From NCBI GenBank assembly GCA_965218435.1, contig CBDCKW010000009.1, positions 3,616,001-3,680,000 on the forward strand: a stretch of 64,000 bases of DNA. Direction: 5' to 3'. Shown piece after piece: positions 59,245 to 64,000 of this stretch. Position 1 is the first letter of the stretch; every line of letters begins with the position of its first letter. A model generated the notes under the pieces. The model made no database searches. It saw only the letters and a list, made by a program, of their open reading frames with translations, and was not told where the DNA came from. Both the position numbers and the translations under genes were made by a program. This DNA comes from Truepera sp. (GTDB lineage Bacteria; Deinococcota; Deinococci; Deinococcales; Trueperaceae).

Positions 59245-60408
59245 TTAAGAAATATCGTCAACGAGGCGTTTAGCCAGCGCCAATTCGTCAGCAAAAGACG
59301 CGACCCGCGCGTCTAGGCGAGCTTGTGCTAATAAAGACAAAACTCTGCCGACCTCAGGCCCCGCCGATAGCCCTAAGCTTAGCACGTCGCTGCCGCTTAC
59401 CTGCGGGTAGTCCGTCCCGGCGCTACTCGGCCCGGCCGCTTGCGCAACTGTTTTCTCAGCCGGGGTAACGGCCGCTCCGCCTGCCTTTAACCCGCCTGCC
59501 CCTAACCTTCTTCTTGCTGCCAGCAGCTTTTTAGGGAGGCTAAAGGTTGAGACAAACGCTTCAGCTTCGCCTTCTGGAATCCCGAGTAAAAGGGCTAGCA
59601 GGTAACTCTCGAGCGGCACTGGTACCTTTAGCTCAGCTTTAAGCGCGTCGAGGCGTCCCACAAGCGGTGTATCTTTGAGGCCGTAAAGCTCAGAGAGCGC
59701 ACCTGACGCGCTGAGATAGGTAAGTGCGGGCGCAACCTGCGTTTCGGCAAGCGTGATGAGCAGCTCGTTTTTGAGGCGGCTGGGGCTGACCTGCCGGTAG
59801 ACCTCGGCGGCTAAAGCTTCTTTAAGCGCGGTCTCAGCCTCGTCATCGTAACGAAACCCCAACCTTCCAGCGAGCCGTGCCCCCCGAACGATACGGGTCG
59901 GGTCGTCAAAAAACGAACGTTCGTGGAGGATGCGTAAAGCGCGGCGCTCCAAGTCGTTGACTGCTCCGGGAACGCTCAGCAGCGTGGTCGGTTCAGCGAG
60001 GTCTAAGGCAAACGTATTAACTGAAAAGTCGCGGCGGGTGAGGTCAGCTTGGATCGCTCCGGGCGTGACTTTGGGAAGTGCGCCGGGGCGCGTGTAAACC
60101 TCGGTTCGGGCTGTTGCCAGGTCGAGCGTCAGCGTGGGCAGCGTTAAGGTGCAGGTCAAAAACGTCTCGTGACAGGTTAAGGTTCCGCCGAGTCGCTTGT
60201 GCAGGGCTACGCCCAAGGTTTTCGCAGGTGTTTCGCTGACCCAATCGAGGTCGCGGCTGGCGTGCCCGAGTAACAGGTCTCTAACGACGCCGCCGACGAG
60301 GTAGATGCGTGCGCCGAACTGCGCCGCGATCTCTGAAACTGCCTCGACAACCTCTTGAAGCTCGAGTTCCATCAGCAGCGGGGCTACAGGCTGAGCGTCA
60401 ATATCCAC
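59245..60408 (-). CDS. cca: Class II tRNA nucleotidyltransferase (CCA/A-adding type)
   Basis: VGGVVRDLLLG..SRDLD, DLATARTE.Y..PGALP, DLTRRDFSVN, SFFDDPTRI.R. Confidence 0.85.
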   Translation of the reverse strand: MDIDAQPVAPLLMELELQEVVEAVSEIAAQFGARIYLVGGVVRDLLLGHASRDLDWVSETPAKTLGVALHKRLGGTLTCHETFLTCTLTLPTLTLDLATARTEVYTRPGALPKVTPGAIQADLTRRDFSVNTFALDLAEPTTLLSVPGAVNDLERRALRILHERSFFDDPTRIVRGARLAGRLGFRYDDEAETALKEALAAEVYRQVSPSRLKNELLITLAETQVAPALTYLSASGALSELYGLKDTPLVGRLDALKAELKVPVPLESYLLALLLGIPEGEAEAFVSTFSLPKKLLAARRRLGAGGLKAGGAAVTPAEKTVAQAAGPSSAGTDYPQVSGSDVLSLGLSAGPEVGRVLSLLAQARLDARVASFADELALAKRLVDDIS

Positions 60409-60438
60409 AGGCTCAACTATACCGGGCAGCTTTTTAGC

Positions 60439-60497
60439 AACCTGTAAACGTAAAAACCTGTGAGCGTAAAAATTTGCGGGCGTAAAATCTGTAGAGC
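60439..60497 (+). repeat. 16-bp degenerate tandem repeat x3 plus a partial unit
   Basis: AACCTGTAAACGTAAA / AACCTGTGAGCGTAAA / AATTTGCGGGCGTAAA / ATCTGTAGAGC. Confidence 0.7.
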
Positions 60498-60579
60498 CTG
60501 GGGTGCCCTGAGGGGGGCTGGTTAGGTATGCTGGAGTTTGTGACGAGCTTTACGCCCATCGGTGAGGTACCCAGCGGCT

Positions 60580-60631
60580 GGACACCTGTTGTCCGGACAC
60601 CTGTTAGTGGGACACCTATTGGCAGGAAACC
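60580..60631 (+). repeat. 15-bp tandem repeat x3 ending at the corA start
   Basis: GGACACCTGTTGTCC / GGACACCTGTTAGTG / GGACACCTATTGGCA / GGAAACC-ATG. Confidence 0.8.
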
Positions 60632-61564
60632 ATGATCGAATATTACCGGAGCGTGCGCGGCGCGTTAGAGCGCCTCGAGGGGTATCAACCGGGGTGCTGG
60701 GTCAACGTTGCCTCGCCGACGCAAGCCGAACTGACCTTTTTGTCGCAGCAGCACAGCGTCCCGCTCGACTACCTGCTCTACTCGCTCGACTTAGATGAGC
60801 GCCCCCGTTTTGAACGCGACGGCGAATACATTTTAATCGTGATGCAGACCTCGTTTCCTTTTGGTGACGAGGCGGATGTGCCGTTTGACACGTTGCCGCT
60901 GGGCATTATTCACACCCCGAGCGCCCTAGTAACGGTCAGTACCACGGTCAACCCGGTCCTCGAGGAGTTTAAGGCCAACCGCATCCGGGGCGTAAGCACC
61001 GTTAAACGCAACCGCTTTACGATGCAGATTTTTTTGCGCGTTGCGCAGCGTTATCTGCTCGACCTTAAACAGATCAACCGGCAAGTTGACGCGATTGAAA
61101 CCAAGCTCGAGACCAGCACCCGCAACCGTGAACTCTTAGGGCTTTTACGTTTTGAGAAAAGTTTGGTGTACTTTAAGACCGCCCTTAAAGCCAACGAGCT
61201 GATGATGGAACGTATCCGCCGTGACCGTGTGTTTGAGATGTACCCCGACGACCACGACCTGTTTGAAGACGTACTGATTGAAAACCTGCAGGCGATTGAA
61301 ATGACCGACATCGCCACGAACATTTTGGTTTCAATGATGGGCGCGTTTGCCTCGGTAATTTCAAATAACGTCAACGCGGTGGTCAAAGTCTTAACGGTGG
61401 CAACGATTATGCTTGCGATTCCAACCCTAATCACCGGCTTTTTCGGGATGAACGTGCCGCTGCCGCTCAGGGAAAATCCGTGGGCGTCCTTACTGATCAT
61501 CAGCCTTTGCGGGCTCTCGGCGGTAGGACTGCTGCTCTGGTTCCGTGCCAAACGGTGGCTCTAA
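60632..61564 (+). CDS. corA: Magnesium transporter CorA family
   Basis: LDLDERPR, SNNVN.VVK.LT, GFFGMNV signature, two C-terminal TM. Confidence 0.92.
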   Translation: MIEYYRSVRGALERLEGYQPGCWVNVASPTQAELTFLSQQHSVPLDYLLYSLDLDERPRFERDGEYILIVMQTSFPFGDEADVPFDTLPLGIIHTPSALVTVSTTVNPVLEEFKANRIRGVSTVKRNRFTMQIFLRVAQRYLLDLKQINRQVDAIETKLETSTRNRELLGLLRFEKSLVYFKTALKANELMMERIRRDRVFEMYPDDHDLFEDVLIENLQAIEMTDIATNILVSMMGAFASVISNNVNAVVKVLTVATIMLAIPTLITGFFGMNVPLPLRENPWASLLIISLCGLSAVGLLLWFRAKRWL

Positions 61565-61595
61565 ACTGTAATATTTTCTACGGGGCTTTAGGCGC

Positions 61596-62201
61596 GTGAA
61601 CGCGTTTTGGCAGGGGTCGGGACTAGGCGCAGGGCTCATTATCGCCATCGGCGCACAAAATGCGTTCGTTTTACGGCAAGGGCTTAAAAAGCGGCACGTG
61701 TTTCTCGTGGCACTCGTCTGTACGCTTTGCGACGCGGCGCTCATTACGTTGGGTGTGGCAGGGTTTGGCAGTGTGGTCTCGAGCCGTCCCCTGCTCACCC
61801 AAGCTGCCGCGTGGGGCGGCGCAGTATTTTTATTTGTTTACGGCCTGCGGGCGTTTTGGGAGGTGTTTAAGGTGCAGGGGCTCGAGGCTCAGAATGGCGC
61901 AGCCCTCTCCAGACGAGACGCCGTGCTGACGACGCTCGGGGTCAGCCTCCTCAATCCGCACGTCTATCTCGATACGGTGGTTTTGCTGGGCGGCATCGGG
62001 GGACAGTTTGTCGGGCAGAGCCGCGTCTTTTACGGCGTGGGCGCAGTGACGGCCTCGAGTGTGTGGTTTTTCAGCCTCGCCTACGGTGCAACGCGCCTGG
62101 GGCCGCTTTTTCGCCGCCCGCTGGCTTGGCGTATCCTCGATGCAGCGATTGGCGTCATTATGTGGCGCATCGCTTTTTCACTCGTCCGTGAGGTGGTGTA
62201 G
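61596..62201 (+). CDS. LysE/ArgO-family amino-acid exporter
   Basis: LIIAIGAQNAFVLRQG, LLNPHVYLDTV. Confidence 0.92.
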   Translation: MNAFWQGSGLGAGLIIAIGAQNAFVLRQGLKKRHVFLVALVCTLCDAALITLGVAGFGSVVSSRPLLTQAAAWGGAVFLFVYGLRAFWEVFKVQGLEAQNGAALSRRDAVLTTLGVSLLNPHVYLDTVVLLGGIGGQFVGQSRVFYGVGAVTASSVWFFSLAYGATRLGPLFRRPLAWRILDAAIGVIMWRIAFSLVREVV

Positions 62202-62662
62202 TGCTCTATGTCGCACTTTTTGAACCGGAAATCGCCGGAAACGTCGGCAATATCGCCCGTACTTGCGTGGCGGTCGGCGCTGAGCTGCATCTGATTCGCC
62301 CTTACGGGTTTCGCCTCACCGACGAGGCGGTGCGCCGCGCCGGGATGGACTACTGGAAAGATACCAAACTCGTCCAACACGCTTCGTTCGGGGCGTTTCA
62401 GCAGCTATTTAGTAAAGCTTTTGAGCAGAACCAGGTCTTTGCCTTTACCACCAAAGCTAAGGGCTATCACAGCAGCGTTAGCTATCAGGCGGGCGATGTA
62501 TTACTGTTTGGGCCGGAGTCAAGGGGCCTACCCGAAGTCGTGCGTCAAAGCTGTGTACAGGTGCGAATCCCCATGCACCCCGAGGCGCGTTCGCTCAACC
62601 TGGCGGTGAGTGTCGGCGTCGGGGTGTATGAAGCGTGGCGGCAGCTGAGCTACGCCGAGTAG
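62201..62662 (+). CDS. trmL: tRNA (cytidine/uridine-34-2'-O)-methyltransferase
   Basis: PEIAGNVGNIARTC, RRAGMDYW, FGPESRGLP, RSLNLAVS. Confidence 0.92.
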   Translation: MLYVALFEPEIAGNVGNIARTCVAVGAELHLIRPYGFRLTDEAVRRAGMDYWKDTKLVQHASFGAFQQLFSKAFEQNQVFAFTTKAKGYHSSVSYQAGDVLLFGPESRGLPEVVRQSCVQVRIPMHPEARSLNLAVSVGVGVYEAWRQLSYAE

Positions 62663-62664
62663 TT

Positions 62665-63846
62665 TCAAGAACTTGTTACTTGAATTTCCTGGTCTTCTTT
62701 CGGCAGTGTGAACAAATTTTTGCCTTGTGAGTCAAATAATTCAAGATAGAGTGTGAACCTATATATCCTATTTCTTTGGTTACCTGTTATCTCTTCGATA
62801 AAGCCGAGCTTCGTCAGCTGCGCGGTGAGTTTGTTCGCTGTAACGTAGGTACATTTAAGATGCGCCGCAGCCATCTGAACGCTAAAGATCGGCTGCTCGA
62901 AAAAGAACTCGAGCAAGCTCAGAGCATTGGCGTTGTTTCTCAATTGGTCGCGGCAAGATTCTCTCAGCGAAAGAATTTTGCGAGCGGTTTCTACAGCTTC
63001 TTGACTCACAGTGCGGACACCCGTCAGAAAAAACCTGAGCCAGCCCTCCCAATCGTCATCATTTCGAATTGCCGTGAGCCTGTCATAGTACTGGGCTCTA
63101 TGCGCTTTTAAGTAGTGACTAAGATAAAGGAGAGGCCGTTCCAATGCTCCCTGCTCACATAACAGAAGCGTTACCAGCAGACGTCCTACACGACCATTAC
63201 CGTCTGAAAACGGGTGAATGGTTTCAAACTGTGCGTGCGCAAGGCCACACTTTACCAGTAAAGGAAAAGAGTCTGTGCTGTGCAAAAACTTTTCCAGGTT
63301 ATCAAGTGCTACGAGCATCTCGTGAGGCGGCGGAGGAACAAAATCGGCGTTTTGAATAGTTGAGCCTTGCGCACCAATCCAGTTTTGTGAGCGCCTGAAC
63401 TCACCCGGCTGTTTTGTTTCGCCTCTAACGCCTTTAAGAAGTTCAGCGTGAATTTCCCTGATAAGCCGCAAACTTAGAGGTAGGGTCTCGAGCCTCTCAA
63501 GACCGTAATTCATGGCGCTGATATAGTTAATGACCTCTTCTAAATCACCTGGGTAAGGCGTTTCCCGGTCAGCTGCTTCAAACAGCAAAACGTCCTCGAG
63601 CGTTGTGTGTGCTCCTTCGATTTGAGAACTTAGAACGGCCTCTTGGCGCACATACATTGCTACAAACAAATCTGGGTTGGGCAAAATAGAAGTTACGCCG
63701 TCCAGACGGGCTAGAGCTCTATCTGCTTGTGAAAGAAGGCGGCTCACCTCGGAGCTGAGATTTATAGGGAGCTTAGGCGGTAATGGCGCTGGGATAAAAG
63801 CGGTATAGCCGCTCGGTTGTTTTATAAAGTGCCCCGCTTTTGACAT
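62665..63846 (-). CDS. Fic-family protein with N-terminal inhibitory helix
   Basis: HPFSDGNGRVGR catalytic motif; SSQIEG inhibitory motif; PGEFRRSQNWIG. Confidence 0.92.
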   Translation of the reverse strand: MSKAGHFIKQPSGYTAFIPAPLPPKLPINLSSEVSRLLSQADRALARLDGVTSILPNPDLFVAMYVRQEAVLSSQIEGAHTTLEDVLLFEAADRETPYPGDLEEVINYISAMNYGLERLETLPLSLRLIREIHAELLKGVRGETKQPGEFRRSQNWIGAQGSTIQNADFVPPPPHEMLVALDNLEKFLHSTDSFPLLVKCGLAHAQFETIHPFSDGNGRVGRLLVTLLLCEQGALERPLLYLSHYLKAHRAQYYDRLTAIRNDDDWEGWLRFFLTGVRTVSQEAVETARKILSLRESCRDQLRNNANALSLLEFFFEQPIFSVQMAAAHLKCTYVTANKLTAQLTKLGFIEEITGNQRNRIYRFTLYLELFDSQGKNLFTLPKEDQEIQVTSS

Positions 63847-64000
63847 AAGTGTCCGCCTCTTCCAGCCTTGTTTTACTGCTCTATAACAAGGCAATTACGA
63901 GAACAATTATATTATACAGAAACGCTTTTTATTAAAACAATACCGCTTATGGGCGGCGTGGCGGCAGCTAGGGTTTTGAGCTCTTATTCCTTCCACGGTT

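Noticed and set aside
58436..59316. Long alternative-frame ORFs (192 and 223 aa) and similar shadows at 5393-6082 and 30454-31029
   Set aside because: They lie over convincing genes, lack motifs, and are expected in GC-rich DNA
60520..60590. M-box (ykoK) riboswitch upstream of corA
   Set aside because: GGTGAGG and GCGGCTGGA resemble the aptamer ends but are only a few bases apart; the core is missing
20429..60631. Short repeat arrays as CRISPR
   Set aside because: Units are directly adjacent with no unique spacers, are only 15-18 bp long, and no cas genes are present

Overview
A 64 kb stretch of bacterial chromosome, moderately GC-rich (roughly 55-60% by eye). It most resembles Deinococcota (Truepera/Meiothermus-like); this is inferred from many apparently leaderless genes with a TANNNT box about 6 nt before the start codon and from the strong CTCGAG enrichment. 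Most of it is core or transport content: two ABC importers, an MsbA-like exporter, five MFS genes, a NarL-type two-component system, mutS2, ruvB, purU, dnaG, a GlgM-type glycosyltransferase, a tRNA nucleotidyltransferase, corA and trmL. No rRNA, tRNA, CRISPR array or transposase gene was recognised. Main highlights: (1) the palindrome CTCGAG occurs about 130 times by hand count against about 20 expected, and the window also carries an orphan MamA-like N6-adenine methyltransferase inside a housekeeping operon, suggesting a HIP1-like hyper-abundant palindrome with a cognate methylase; (2) a mosaic defence-like island at 26.3-35.2 kb with a stand-alone OLD-type ATPase-TOPRIM nuclease, two convergent PIN toxin-antitoxin pairs, XPB-Bax1 and a HEPN-motif DUF4209-like protein; (3) a catalytically degenerate site-2 protease paired with an intact one; (4) a lipoprotein fusing a GH99-like glycosidase to a metallophosphoesterase; (5) tandem lipobox-bearing proteins that look like beta-barrels; (6) two copies of a ~110 bp MITE; (7) two homopolymer frameshifts. 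All family calls come from recognising motifs by eye, not from database searches.
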